Assembly (NCBI GenBank): GCA_024679065.1
Contig: JAGIQG010000043.1
Coordinates: 2,418,001 to 2,482,000, forward strand
Direction: 5' to 3'
DNA: 64,000 nucleotides
From: Sphyrna mokarran
Taxonomy: Eukaryota
Part shown: positions 13,029-27,280 of the stretch, one piece after another
How positions within the stretch are numbered: the stretch's first letter is position 1
How the letters are laid out: each line of letters opens with the position of its first letter
Notes under the pieces: model-generated
Seen by the model: the letters and a program-made list of their open reading frames with translations, nothing else
Databases searched by the model: none
What the model was told of the DNA's origin: nothing
Made by a program: the position numbers and the translations under genes

Positions 13029-14512
13029 GGGAGCCTTTGGCTTTGATCTTCATGTCGTCGTTGGCTACAGGTATAATGCCGGAAGACTGGAGGATGGCAA
13101 ATGTTGTCCCTTTGTTCAAAAAGGGGGTAGGGACCATCCTGGAAATTATAGACCGGTGAGCCTGACTACTGTTGTGGGCAAAATCTTGGAAAGAATTATA
13201 AGGGATAGGATTTATAAGCACCTAAAGAGAAATAAATTGATTAGGGATAGTCAGCACGGTTTTGTGAAGGGTAGGTCGTGCCTCACAAACCTTATTGAGT
13301 TTTTTGAGGAGGTGACCAAAGGGGTAGATAAGGTTAAGGCAGTTGATGTAGTGTATATGGATTTTAGGAAAGCGTTTGATAAGGTTCCCCATGGTAGGCT
13401 ACTGCAGAAAGTGCAGATGCATAGGATTGAAGGTGATTTAGCAGTTTGGATTAGGAATTGGCTAGCTGATAGAAGACAGAGGGTGGTGGTTGATGGGAAA
13501 TATTCAACCTGGAGTGCAGTTACAAGTGGTGTACCTCAAGGATCTGTTTTAGGGCCACTGCTGTTTGTCATTTTTATAAATGACCTAGATGAGGGTGTAG
13601 AGGGTTGGATTAGTAAATTTGCTGACGATACCAAAGTGGGGGGAGTTGTAGACAGCGAGGATGGATGTTACAGTTTGCAGAGGGACATAAATAGGTTGCA
13701 GAGCTGGGCCGTGAGGTGGCAAATGGAATTCAATACGGATAAGTGTGAGGTGATTCACTTTGGTAGGAATAACAGGCATATGAAATATAGGGCTAATGGA
13801 AAGACCCTTAATAGTGTTGTCGAGCAGAGGGATCTTGGGGTACAAGTACATAGCTCTTTGAAAGTTGGCACCCAGGTTGATAAAGTTGTTAAGAAGGCGT
13901 ACGGTGTGTTAGCTTTTATTGGTAGAGGGATTGAATTTAGGAGCCGTGAGGTTATGTTACAACTGTACAAAACTCTGGTGCGGCCGCACTTGGAGTATTG
14001 CGTACAGTTCTGGTCGCCGCATTATAAGAAAGATGTGGAAGCATTGGAAAGGGTGCAGAGGAGGTTTACCAGGATGTTGCCTGGTATGGTGGGAAGGCCT
14101 TATGAGAAAAGGCTGAGGGACCTGAGGTTAGTTTCATTAGAGAAAAGAAGGTTACTCGGTGACCTAATTGAGGCGTATAAGATGATCAGAGGACTGGATA
14201 GGGTGGATAGTGAGAGCCTTTTTTCCTCGGATGGTGATGACCAACACGAGGGGACATAACTTTAAATTAAGAAGTGGTATTTATAGGACGGATGTCAGAG
14301 GCAGGTTCTTTACACAGAGCGTGGTGAGGGCGTGGAATGCCCTGCCAGCAGCAGTTGTGGACTCGCCTACTTTGGGGGCATTCAAATGGTCCATGGATAG
14401 GCATATGGATGATATTGGAATAGTTTAGGTTAGAGGGTTGACTGGCCGGCGCAACTTCGAGGGCCGAAGGGCCTGTACTGCACTGTAATGTTCTATGTTC
14501 TATGTTCTATGT
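13029..14512 (+). mobile_element. 5'-truncated CR1 LINE inserted in a decayed Rex1/Babar-like LINE
   Basis: 367-aa RT ORF 13156-14259; tail tgttctatgttctatgttctatgt at ~14488-14512. Confidence 0.95.
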
Positions 14513-16139
14513 TATCTCTCTAGCCCTGCACTCAATCCTGGAACACCGATGTAACAAAGGCACCTATGCCAGGCTCCTTTTCATTGACTACATGTTAGCC
14601 GTCAACACCATCATTCCGATGGAGCACATCTCCAAATCTCAATGGCCTGGTCCACGTCCCCTCCCTCTGCGACTGGAGCTTCCTTGCATTAAGTTGATCT
14701 TTCCCTACACCCTAGCTCTGATTGCAATATTGTAATCTCACACTCTCCTTTCCTTCTCTATCTACAATGTATAGTGTGCAGGGCACAATACCTTTCATTT
14801 TCATACTAATACATGTGACAATAATAAATCAAACCAACACACAATCCTGCACACAGCCAGAATCTCTCTGCCTCTCTCACGTGCACAGACGCAAACAGAG
14901 CCAGAATTTCTCTCGCACATACGCAGCCAGAATCTTTCNNNNNNNNNNNNNNNNNNNNNNNNNNNNNNNNNNNNNNNNNNNNNNNNNNNNNNNNNNNNNN
15001 NNNNNNNNNNNNNNNNNNNNNNNNNNNNNNNNNNNNNNNNNNNNNNNNNNNNNNNNNNNNNNNNNNNNNNNNNNNNNNNNNNNNNNNNNNNTACCCACAT
15101 CTAGATGATGTCAGAAAAAGACATACAGGCGTTTGCACATCCACAATCTCTGCTGGGACTGTCAGAATTTCATTGGACGCGATATTACCGGAAACAACTT
15201 TGTTTAAGATTATTTTGTTGTGTGTTGAGTGTATCACACGCGTTTCACATCACATTGAAAGTAAGATTTCAGTCTCTGCCAGCAGTGGTTCCATTCTTAT
15301 TGAATCTATTTGTGATTCTCCTCTCTCGAATTAGCAGTGTTTCCAATACAGCAACACCCACCTCTCAGTAAAGAGTCCGGTTCTGCAACCCTGCCCTAAA
15401 CCTATGAAACATTTCGTATTAGGAAAATATATAAATATAGAAAATAGATTCGTATCAGTTTATTCATTGGGCATATTAATTAGAAAATAAATAAAATTGA
15501 ATTAAATAAAATTATTTTTCAAATCAAAATATCTAGTCAGAAAACGGGTCTATTTGCCTGTTAGACATCACTAATCATTGCAGTTCTTCTTATATCTATC
15601 AGTCCCTGCCGTCCCATGTTGAAGGGGAACTGTTCCCAATTCCTCACACAGTTCATTACTTCGAAAAATGAAAACTAGTTTTCTGGCTCCCCTAGCGGTG
15701 AGGGAAGGATTTACACTGTATGGGGCATTACTGAAAAAAAAAACTTTCTTGCGGGTTTGAAGGGTCAAGCAAATTTCTTGTTGTTTTTAATAACGGTGTC
15801 TCCTAATGTCGCACACAAACAGATACATACAAATTCATACACTGACACAANNNNNNNNNNNNNNNNNNNNNNNNNNNNNNNNNNNNNNNNNNNNNNNNNN
15901 NNNNNNNNNNNNNNNNNNNNNNNNNNNNNNNNNNNNNNNNNNNNNNNNNNNNNNNNNNNNNNNNNNNNNNNNNNNNNNNNNNNNNNNNNNNNNNNNNNNN
16001 NNNNNNNNNNNNNNNNNNNNNNNNNNNNNNNNNTACTGACAAGAAAATATTAGATTTGAGAGTCATCAGTGTTGGCACAGACTTGGTGGGCCAAAGGTCT
16101 TGTTTCTGTACTGTAATAATCTTTGTTCTTTGTTCATAC

Positions 16140-16522
16140 TCATGCACACAAATGCACTGATACTCACATGTTCACACACACATGCGCGCGCACACACACA
16201 CATAAACACACACACTCTCATACTGTTAAACATACATATACACATACATACACACCCATGGACTTAAACATACACAAACACGCTCACATTCTGACGCATA
16301 CACACACACACACACTCATACATTTATACACACTCATACACAAACTTATTGACACTCAGACGAAAACAGATATCCACTTGCGCATACACACACAGACAAA
16401 TTCATACACTTACACACACTCACCGTTACATAAAGCTGATACACTGACACACACATACAATTACTCACACTTTCTCAAACACACTCTCTCATACATTGAC
16501 TCACATCTGAACACTTACACTT
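16140..16522. repeat. Degenerate (CA)n microsatellite next to N-runs 14939-15091 and 15851-16033 (mirror 39023-39405)
   Basis: acacacac-rich sequence giving a His/Thr-rich spurious ORF. Confidence 0.95.
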
Positions 16523-18002
16523 AATGCCTGCCAAATGTCACGTGGAATCCCTCGGTTTATTAATTTAGACTTAAACCGTTCAAGTTTGGATAAGCACATA
16601 TGAAACATTACTTGCCTATATTTTCCACGTTCCCTTCAGTTCCAAACACCAAACTTTTGGAATGATATGAGCATCTTCGGAAAATTCCTGAACATATTAG
16701 AGGAGAGCAATGCCAGTCAAAGTAGAACGTTTGGGGAAGTCGATATTGAGTTGACATTGTTCTCCTGAGAACAGAGAAACTTGGGTGGAAATATGGAAGA
16801 GATGTGAAACACCATGGAAGCGGTGTCTGAGGGAGGGAATATTTAATCGTAAAATACCCAGCATAAGGATATCGAGCAGCTAACATTTTAATGGACATTT
16901 AACTAATGTAGTAATGATATATTCAAAATGAATGGCTAATAAGCCTGCTAGTATTAAATTGTATAACTCAAGGACTGATTCTGTCAGTAAGTTAGCTAAA
17001 ACAAATGCAACCAGAATGTTAGGGAGTGGGACAGCTTGATCTTCGGTTTGGGTATAGCTCGGCTCAACATCAAAGGGCCTGTACTGTGCTGTACTATCTT
17101 CTAAGGTCTACGCAACATAAATTTTGGGATGATTATGAAATCGGGCATTGATTAAAGGGACAAATAATATTATTTTGTATTGGGTATAGGGGGTCCAACC
17201 TGGGAATCCTGCCGGATGATCGCGCCCTCCTCCAAAAGGTTAACTAGTTTTGTCTTCCCCACAAAACGTGGAGCAATTGAAATTGTTGTCATGTATTGCT
17301 AAGCAACAAGGGAGCCATTTTGTTGAAAGAGTGAACCCACTTAGCCGTGTTATCAGATGGAAATATGGATTTCAAATAATGTTCTTGCAGGATTAACTAC
17401 CAATGTCCAATTGAACGCCCAAACTTGGCTACATCCTATTAAGGGTTGGGCCACATTTAATCTTGCAGATTGCATATGCATGCAGCCAAAATCCCAAACC
17501 AGTTGCTCATATTCCTGTTCTGCCATTAATACCATTTCCAACGCAAACAAACACACCCTAAAAGCGTTTCTGTAAATTAGCTGAAGAGCCGCCGGAAACA
17601 TATTTGTTCCAAATCTTTATAGAAACCGGAATCACACAGGTAACATTTCGTATTGAAAACCTTCTTCTATATTTAGTTAACACTGATATTGATACATTTT
17701 TAACTATTTCTTCCACAATTACAGTAGTAAATGCAGAATAGAATTTTAAAACCCGCTATCAGAAATTAGAAGCATTGAGAGGTGAAATTGCATCGCAGGC
17801 GATATTCCATCTTATAATGGTGGACATTAAGAGAAAGTTCATTTCCGCTTTGGTCGCCATCATAATATTAAGCTCACAGTCAGCACGAATTCGTACCGAC
17901 CGCACTTCGGAATTCTCCCTGCAAAAATAAGAATGTTTCCACGACACTATAAATCCCGGAAACACACGGTGAGTTCTCTGTGTCCCTCTCTTTTCTCTCC
18001 AG

Positions 18003-21000
18003 TTAAAGTTTTGGATCCTCGTTAAAGGCCAAGCGAGCGTAAAGTGTCTGTGGATGAAAAGATCTGTTAGCGTGATACACACCATTATAATCGTGACAGG
18101 TGAGACCATTGAGTCCCCCCAATCCTCCGCCTTCCCCTCACTCCATTCAATTGGTTCATGGCTGCAAGGTAACTCAACTCACCGTCACCCACCAGTACTG
18201 ACTAATCCTTAATCCCTCCCTAATATAAATATAACTGTCGCATCTCTAGAGTTCCAATTGCCCAATGCTCTATATAGCTTTTTATTGACCAGAATTCCGC
18301 CTCACTTTCTATGAAGATTTATTATTGTCACATATGCGAGTATGCAGTGAAATGTAATGATTCTTGCCCAGTGTACAGACAAAGTGTATCGTGTATGGAG
18401 AATGAAAGTAGAAGGTGCAGATTATGGTGTTACAGTGATAGACAGGCTTGAAGAGAAAGTTCAACTTAATATAAGGCAGGTCAATTCTAATGTCTGATGG
18501 CAGCAAGGAAGGAGCTATCCTTGCGTGACCTCAGAATTATATATCTTTTTCCAGAAGTAAGAAGGTGAAGAAATAAAACGTATCCACGGTGCATGGCGTT
18601 CTTAATAATGCTGGCTGCTTACATAGAAACATAGAAGATACCAGCAGGGAGAGGATATTTGGCCCTTCGAGTCTGCTCCACCATCCATTATGATCATGAC
18701 TGACCGCCCAGCCCAATTATCTAATCCTACATTCTCCCCATAACCTTCCCTCCCAAGTGCTGTATCCAGCCGCCTGTTGAATACGTTCAATGTTTTGGCA
18801 TCATCTACTTCCTGTGGTAATGAATTCCACAGGCTCACAGAGTGAAGAAATGTCTCCTCACCTCCGCCCTAAATGATCTATCCCAAAACCTCAAACAGTG
18901 GCGCCTGATTCTGGACTCCCCCCACTAGCGGCAACATTCTTCCTGTATCTACCCTGTTTAGCCCTGTTAGAATTTTATAAGTCTCTGTGAAATCCCCCCT
19001 GTGAACTCCAGTGAAAACATTTTTAACCTAGTCAATCTCTCCTCATACATCAATCCCGCCATTCCTGGAGTGAGCCTGGTAAACCCTCGCTGCACTCTCT
19101 CCAGAACCAGAGTATTCTTTCAAAGTGAATGCATTTGGTATGTCTCCTGCTCTGTCCAAGACTACAAGAACTGGTCTAGTCCCATTATTCAAACCAACTC
19201 CCCTCCATTGACTCTGTCTACACGTCCTGTTGCCTCGCGGAAAAGCAGCCAACATAATCAAGGACCCCACCCCCTACCCACGCACCCGGACATTCTATCT
19301 TCTACCTTCTTCCGTCGGGCAAAAATACGAAAGTCTGAGGTCAGGTACTAACCTACTCAAGAACAAGTTCTTCCCTGCATGCTTTCAGACTTCTTAATGG
19401 ACCTAACTCGCACGAAGTTGATCTTTCTCCACACCCTAGGTATTACTGTAGCACTATATTCTCCACTCTCTCCTTTACTTCTCAATGAACGGTATGCTTT
19501 CTCTGTGTAGTGTGCAAGAAACAATACTTTTCACTGTATCCCATACACGTGACAACAATAATCCAAATCTATGTATTCAATGGACGGTATGCTTTGTATA
19601 GCGCGCAAGAAACAATACTTCTCACTGTACCGCAATGTATGTGACCATAATAAACCAAATCTATATACTCAATGAACGGTATGCTTTGTCTGTATAGTGC
19701 ACAAAATACAACGCTTTTCACTGAATCCCAATACATGCATCAATAAAAAATCCAATCTATGTACTCTGTGAACAGTATGCTTTGGCTGTGTAGTGTGCAA
19801 AAAACAACACTTTGCACTGCCTCCCAATGCATGTGCCAATAGTAAATCAAATGTACGTACTCTATAAACGGTATACTTTGTCTCTACAGCGCGTAAGAAA
19901 CAATACTGTATCCCAATACATGTGACAATAACAAACCAAATCTATGTACTCTATCAATGGTATGCTTTGTCTGTATAGTAGACAAGAATCAATTCTTTTC
20001 ACTGTTCCCCAATATACGTGACAATAATAAATCAAATCAAATCAAATGTTTCATAAATGAATTAAACAAAAGAAGCAAACTTGAAAGAAATTATTCCGCC
20101 TCGAAGCTTTCTCTGTCCATGGAAGCCACCAGGTTTGTTGAGGTTTTCCAGAATTTTCCGTGTTGGTAATGAATTCTAAACCGCGGATTAATAATTAATG
20201 AAATGTATTCGTGTGGTATATCAAGAAATAATTCCATTCATTCACCTCTTTATTCTGTTTGTGTTCTCTGGATTCTCTCAGTTCCTCATCATTGCTCGCG
20301 GTTCCTGTAAGAAAGAAGGATTTGAACTGAAATTTAGGATGGATAAATTTCACACCGAATCCGATCAGAAGTGTCAATAACTCGGTAATAGATGTATGGA
20401 TTGAGAGCGCCGCGGATAACAGATTCCCCCAACAATCGCTACCTCTCTGCCGGTTCCTGCAGATCCTTCTTCCGGCCGCAAGGATCAATCCCAGAAGAAG
20501 AAGTGCCGCGGCCGACAAACCTCCGGAAAATAATAAATGACAGGTGGACGAGAACAGAGAATCTGTAAAAAAGCATTGAACTTTCAGTCAACGGAAATCA
20601 AGTGTGGAAATAATTAAACAAGCAAGGATCTCGTTCAATTTAACTGTCCAATTTGACCAGAAAATGAGAAAAAAAATGTACACTTTCCCTATCATGTAAT
20701 GGAAACTCATTTTTACAATAGAACATAAGGCGAGGCAAAGAGAGATAGTGACAGAGAGACTGAGCACTTTTTGAATAGGGCACACAGAGAGATGGAGGGA
20801 GAGAGTGAAAGATTCCGGCAGAGAATAATCATATAATCCTATAGTGCAGAAGAAGACCATTCCGACCATCGAGTCTGCACCACCCTATCCCCGTCATGTA
20901 TTTATTCTGCTAATCTCCCTGACTCTCGGCTCAATTTAGCATGGCTATTCCACCTAACCCGCACTTTTTGGGCACTAAGGGGCAATTTAGCTTGGTCAAT

Positions 21001-24000
21001 CCACCTAACCTGAACATCTTTGGACAGTAAGGAACAATTTAGTGTGGCCAACCCACTTAACCCACATTATCTTTGGATACTAATGGGTAATTTGTCATGG
21101 CTAATCTAACTAACCTACATATCTTCTATACTAAGGAACAATTCAGTATGGCTCATCCACCTAGCCTTCATATTCTTTGACACTAAGGGACAATTTACCA
21201 CGGCTGATCTACCTAATCTATACATCCGCTGACAGGGGCAATGTACCATGGCTGATCCACCTAACCTACACATCCTTTGGCACTAAGGGACAAATTTAGC
21301 ATGTCCAATCCACCCAACCCGCACATCTTTGGACACTAAGGGACAATTTAGCATGGACAATCCACTTATCCCGCCCACCTTTGGACACAAAGGGGCAATT
21401 TAGCATGGCCAATCCACTTAAGCTATACATCTCTGGAATTTGTAAGAAAACAGGAGCACCAGCGGGAAGGCCGATGTAATTGAATGGGATTGAATTACAG
21501 GGAGGCGAAGGGGTGAATAGATGGTTCACTGCTGTGCGGAGATAGAGTGCAATGCTGGGGGTAGAATCACACATTTCAATTTTACACACTGACAGATTGG
21601 TCCCTGATGCATCATATTGTCTTAGCCAGATACAAGAAGGGGAAGAGGAGAAGAGGCCATTCGGCCTATCTCGTCTATTCTGCCATCCAACATCACCATC
21701 CCTCACCATGCACATAAACTTCACTTCTCCGTCCTTTCTCTTACTCATTAATCTATCCATTCTCACAAATGTGATTGAACATCCACGGTTAATAACAGTA
21801 GCGAAGAAGAGTTAAAATATCAGGAAATGAAACTGGGAGGACGATGACAGGACAGTGCTAATTTCGTTATTCATAGAGATGCCCGCACAGACATGTGTAA
21901 TTTACAAAGTTAGGCTGCTTTTAGTAAAGTGTCCCGTTATTATTAAATGGATTGAAAAATAGTCATTGTGAATAGCTACCTTTCTGAGATGAGACACTGT
22001 CACTGAGAATACTGTCACTGGAGTTGACCCGAATGGCGCAGGTACAGGGAGCACTGCTTCTCCAAGTTTCCACCGGAAGACTGACGTAACTCCTGACGGT
22101 GTAGGTCCCGTCCGGCTCCAGTGACCCTGAATCGGTCTGTCCCTCGGTATCCCGCCCCGAAACATTCCAGCGGACAGGAAAGGAATCGGGAGACACACCT
22201 CTGACCAGGCACATCAATGGGACCTTTTCCATCGCGGGAATCTCATCCAGCGGCGGGGTGAGGAGGAATATGGTGGGAGAACCCGCTAAATCCGGCAAAT
22301 GAAACGGAGAACACTCATTAATTGGAGGAACAGGACACTTTAATTGCTCTGAAATATCCACTGCAATAGAAGATTAATGGAATTTACCTGTAATCACTAA
22401 CTTGGAGCCATTTCCGAATATTAGGCTCCTGCCCTGATAATTGCGGATTGAACAGTAATACAACCCAGAATCATTTTTCTGGGATTTCGTAATGATTAGT
22501 GAATAAAGACGCCCATTTTCAGAAATCTGGCCGGAAAATCTCCCCTCAGCTTGGCTGTTCTCGTACGCTCTATAAATGAAATCCGTGCCTTTTCTCTCCC
22601 TCTGTCTGTACCAGAAGACAAAGAAAGCAACTCGACCCTGGATGCGGCAATTGAGATTAACACGACTCCCCGCAGGCAGCGTCTGAACCGGTGGAGATTG
22701 GGACAAGATGACCTGAGACATTGTAACTGGGAAAGAGAAGGAAAGAGAACAACCGTCACGTCAGGTTATGGAGCATTCCCCGAAGACAATCGACAATTGA
22801 GAGTCAATCTCAAACCAGCTTTCCACCTTTTGACACTTCTTCCTGCCTCGGGAAATCGTCCGGCAAAATGAAGGACCCCCCCCCCCCCCCACCCACACCT
22901 CGAAGATTCTCTCTTTCATCTTCAGTCGGGAAAAAGATACGAACGCCTGAGGTCACGTACCAACAGACACAAGAACAGCTTCTTCCCTGTGCTGTCAGAC
23001 TTTTGAATGGACCTATCTCACACAAAGTTGAAATTTCTCTACATCCTAATTATGATGGTGACACTGCATTCTGCACTGTGTCCTTTCGTTCTCCATGTAC
23101 GGTATGTGTTGTCTGTATAGCGCGCAAGAAACAATACTTTTCACTGTATCCCAATTCATGTGACAAGAATAAATTGTATAGCATGCAGGAAACAATACAT
23201 TTCACTCTATAGCGATACAGATGACAATAATAAATCAAATCAAATGAAATCACAAAAGTTCCCGATTCAGAAAAAAATGCACCGTTAAAATCACTCTGAT
23301 TACGGTGTTAATTGTCCCATTTTCTTCCTCCTTTTCGAAAGGTGTAAAACAAGTCTATTCATCAGTAAATCTGGTTTAAACACTGGGGAGGGGGGCGCAT
23401 GGGAACTGGGTGATGTTAGTCACACTTTCAGCTTCAGTAAAATTACATTTCTCAACTATTACTTCCACCCTATCCCGTGCCTTTCCTATAGAAAAGCGAA
23501 TGACTGCGCATGCCTGAAACCGAACAAAAAAAACCAGAAAATGTTGGAAGACCTCAGTGGGGTTGTGAAAATTGTGAACAATGCCGAGTCGGTGGACCAA
23601 GTGGCCTTCTTGAACAGTGAACAAACTGACTCTATGATTCTTGTTCTGAGAGCATCAGAAGAGAGAGTATAGAGCCGATGTTTCGAGTCTGGATGGCTAT
23701 GGGTCAGAGCTCCATTGCCTCTCCACCGATGCTCTCAGATTCCGAGAATCATGGAATCCTACAGTGTAGAAAGAGGCCATTCAGCCCATCGAATCTGCAC
23801 GGATCACGGCAATCTCACATATTTACACTGCTAATCCCCTAATATGAAGGGTCAATTTAGCCCGGCGATTCAAACTAACCCGCCCATCTTTGAATTTTAG
23901 GAGGAAAGAGGAGCACCTGGAGGAAACCCAGCAGACACGGGGAGAACATGCAAACTCTGCAGACAATGACCCAAGCCGAGAATCCAAGCCTGACGTTGTG

Positions 24001-24722
24001 ATGTGACAGTCTTAACCCACTGTGCCGCTGAGATCTTCCAGGATTTTCTATTTTTGCCTCGTTTCTCTCCTTCGTTGATTTTGGGCGCTAAAGTCTGTTC
24101 AGAAATTTATAACTGACTCTGAAGTTCTACTTGAAAAGCTTTTTTTCTAATATAGCCAATATTGTTAAGGAAGCCCATTCACACAGCACACCTCAGGAGA
24201 AATGACAAATCGAATTAATTCCACTATAATCATTGTTATGAACCGACGTTGCATTTTCTCAGCAACATTTGATTGATTGTTAAGTTAGACTTGCACGCTA
24301 AATCACAACTTATAGCACTGCTGAAGCCCAGGATGGGGAGAACGTTCGGTCCTTCCAATTTGAGTTGAATCTGTGAAAGATTTCGCTCATATTATTGAAT
24401 TTTCCCCTTCAAATTTGTATCCAATTCCCACATTTTGGTAGTTCTATTTCCCCCATTTGAAAGTTCCTGTTGGATCTACTTCCTCCGCCCTTTGAGGCAA
24501 AAGCTTCCAGATCACAGCAGCTCAGATGCGTTAAAAAATCCCCTAATTTTCCTCCCTGTTACTTTTACCAAATTCATATTCCCTTGGTTCCGGAAACTCC
24601 TGCCCATGGAAACAGTTTCTGCGTCTTTGCTCTATGCATATTTTCTCCATTCTATTTGAATATAATGAGGATATCTCACCCTGGAAGAGATGGAACAATG
24701 CACAGATACCGAGGAAACCCAT
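18003..24722 (-). CDS. Gene A mirror copy (identical VJ-C1-TM-ITIM gene in the left arm; may be an assembly duplicate)
   Basis: Reverse complement of 30823-37542. Exons 24722-24680, 22726-22388, 22285-21980, 20562-20443, 20304-20246, 18047-18003; ORF translations are identical to the right arm. Confidence 0.7.
18620..19105 (-). mobile_element. Older CR1 3' fragment in the last intron of gene A (mirror 36440-36925)
   Basis: LERVQRGFTRL..SLWNSLPQEV remnants plus CR1 tail. Confidence 0.8.
19480..20046 (+). repeat. Tandem array, 6 x ~93 bp, of a Rex1-like LINE 3' tail (mirror 35499-36065)
   Basis: Unit ~ctatgtactctatgaacggtatgctttgtctgtatagcgcgcaagaaacaatacttttcactgtatcccaatacatgtgacaataataaatcaaat; starts near 19483, 19569, 19660, 19756, 19851, 19942. 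Confidence 0.9.
21980..22285 (-). CDS. Mirror copy C1 exon
   Basis: ORF 21963-22361(-) is identical to 33184-33582(+). Confidence 0.8.
22388..22726 (-). CDS. Mirror copy VJ exon
   Basis: ORF 22374-22721(-) is identical to 32824-33171(+). Confidence 0.8.
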
Positions 24723-26489
24723 TGTTCTTGAGCGAGACCATGAGACTGTGAGCCCCTGATCTAAATTTCACTGAGAACTCGCTCTTGATCTCTCTGTGAG
24801 GAGGAGGAGTGAAATACACACACTGTGTACGTGAATGAAAACACGACCGGGGTTTGAAAATAGAACCGAGGTAGAGAGCTCTCTGCGGTTTTCCTGTTTA
24901 CTACAGGTGCAGGTGCTGGAGAGCATTTGGCATGTTCTCCAAAATACCTCAAATATCTCACTCACATCAGTTAGACAAGACATGGAGTGCAGAGCGCGGC
25001 TCTTCCGAATCTGGTAAGGATTCCCAGGTTGTGGAAAAGGTTCAGTTAACATTTCAAAACGAATGATACCAGAAATGAGACCGTGCAACTGTCAGTGAGT
25101 CTTGAAGAGGTTGGAGCTCTTTGTCTCTGAAAAAAAAATGAAAATTGAGGGCTGATCTACTGAAATATTTGCAATTATGAAATGGTTCAACAAGGCTGAA
25201 GTAGGATTCCAAAATATTGCAGGATGAATTTGTCACTGAGCAAGAATTCAGGACAAAAATGTAAATTGGAAGAATGGGGGGAATATAGAACTCGATTGCA
25301 TAGGGAATGCTTTTGATTTGATTTGGTTTGATTTGATTTATTATTGTCACATGTATTGGGATGCTGTGAAAAGTGGTGTTTCTTGCGCTACACAGATAAA
25401 ACATACCGTTCAGAGAGTACATAGATTTGATTTATTATTGTGACATGTTTTGGGATACAGCGAAAAGTATTGCTTCTTGCAAGCATACAGAGTTAAAAAT
25501 ACCGTTCATAGAGTGTATAGATTTAATTTATTACAGTCACATGTATTGGGATACTATGATAAGTATTTCTTCTTGCGCTCTATACAGACAAAGCATACCA
25601 TTCATAGAGTGCATAGATTTGATTTGTTTTGTCAAATGTATTGGGATACAGTGAAAAGTATTGTTTTTTTGCGCGCTATGCACGCAAAGCATACCATTCA
25701 TAGAGTACATTGATTTAATTTATTGTTGTGATATGTACTGGAATACAGTGCAAAGTGTTATTTCTTGCGCGCTTCTATAGACAATGCATACCGTTCATGG
25801 AGAAGGAAATGAGACTGTAGTGTCAGAATCATCACCAGGCAGTAGAGAAAGTTCAATTTAATGCAACGTGGGCCATTTTTCGTTGTATAGTAATATATGT
25901 GACAATAATAAATCAAACCAAATCAAATTAAACTGTGCCAATTAATATAAAATCGCTCTATTAAAGTCGTTCTGATTATGGCATTAGTTGCCCCATTTTC
26001 CTTCTCACGTCTGCTTGAGTTTAATGACAAAGATGGATTTTAATTGGGCAGTTGAATAGACACCAATGAGAGAAAAGAGTAGAAGGATATGTTGATGGAG
26101 TGATAGAAAGAAAGAATGGGGTACCTCTGGAACATTGACAGCAGCTGATAGGCCGAATGGTCCAAAACTGTTCTATGTTTTTTATGTAATTTTGTTAGAA
26201 AAACATAAAATCAAAGCCATCCTTTGATACCCGGATATGTGAACAGTTAGTGCTGCCTCTATGCTTTACAAGGGTTGCAACAAGCATGCTCCACATTATT
26301 TCAGAGAGATTACAATTGCCTAGTTTAATGTTGAGCCTGGCCCGAAAATAGGATGTCCCCAGGTCCTTGGTAGCCAGTGATATGTCCTTGCAAATGCACT
26401 TAATTTGAAATGTAGGAGATTCAGTCAGATTCGTGCAAAACGGGATGCTGAAAATTGACAATTGGTAAAGTTTGGATGAGTTAATTTAT

Positions 26490-27280
26490 AGAACCATGAA
26501 ACTCCTATAGTGCAGAAGGAAGGCCATTCAGCCCATTGAGGCTGCACTGCCAGCAAACGCACTCAGGTGCTATCGCCGTGACCCCACATACTTAGCCTTC
26601 AAATTTCTCCTGATGCTAAGAGACAATTTAGCTTGTCCAATCCACCAAACATGCACATCTTTATCCACAAAGGCACAATTTAGCATGGGCAATCCGGCGC
26701 CCTGCACTTCTTTGGATAGTTGGGGCGAATTTATCTTGGCCAATCCACATAACCTCTACACCTTTGGACACTAAACGACAACTTTCTCATGGCCAATCAG
26801 ACAACCGGCACATATTTGGCAACTCAGGGACAATTTTGCATGACAAATCCAGAATACCTGCACATCTTTAGATACTAGGCTTAATAGAGGTGTATAAAAT
26901 TATGATGGGCACAGATAGGGTGAAGCTTTTTCCCAGGTCGTAGGTGACGAGCACAAGGGGTCATAGATTCAAGGTGAGGGGTGGGGGGGCAAGGTTCAAC
27001 GCAGATGTCAGGGGGACGTATTTTACACAAAGGTGGGTGGCGGCCTTGAATGCACTGCCAAGCAAGGTGGTTGAGGCGGACACATTGGGATTGTTTAAGA
27101 CTTATCTAGATAGCCACATGAACAGACTGGGAATAGAGGGATACAAACGAATGGTCTAACTGGTCACATGAGCGGCGCAAGCTTGGAGGGCCAAAGAGCC
27201 TGCTTCTGTGCTGTACTGTTCTTTGTTCTAAGGGGTAATTAAGCATGGTCAATCCACTTAATTGCACATTGTTGGACATT
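26490..27280. mobile_element. HE1-derived 52-bp tandem region (- strand) with an inserted CR1 3' fragment (+, ~26880-27230); mirror 28265-29055
   Basis: caatttagcatggccaatccac units; ORF 26944-27159 TRGHRFKVRG..FTQR..NALP. Confidence 0.75.

Larger units (their letters stand above)
12150..14835 (+). mobile_element. Decayed Rex1/Babar-like LINE, interrupted twice (mirror 40710-43395)
   Basis: Contiguous RT peptide split over three pieces: ALTSITLKIFERLVM (12378-12423), LPDCQD..FAYHCNRSAA (12970-13028), ISLALHSILEH..TYARLLFIDY..NTIIP (14514-14620); ends in the catgtgacaataataaatcaaa tail. Confidence 0.7.

Noticed and set aside
16123-16524. His/Thr-rich 133-aa ORF and the X-filled ORFs around the N-runs
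   Set aside because: Translations of CA microsatellite and gaps.
19480-21465. CRISPR-like periodic repeats
   Set aside because: Eukaryotic head-to-tail LINE-tail and SINE units with no unique spacers.
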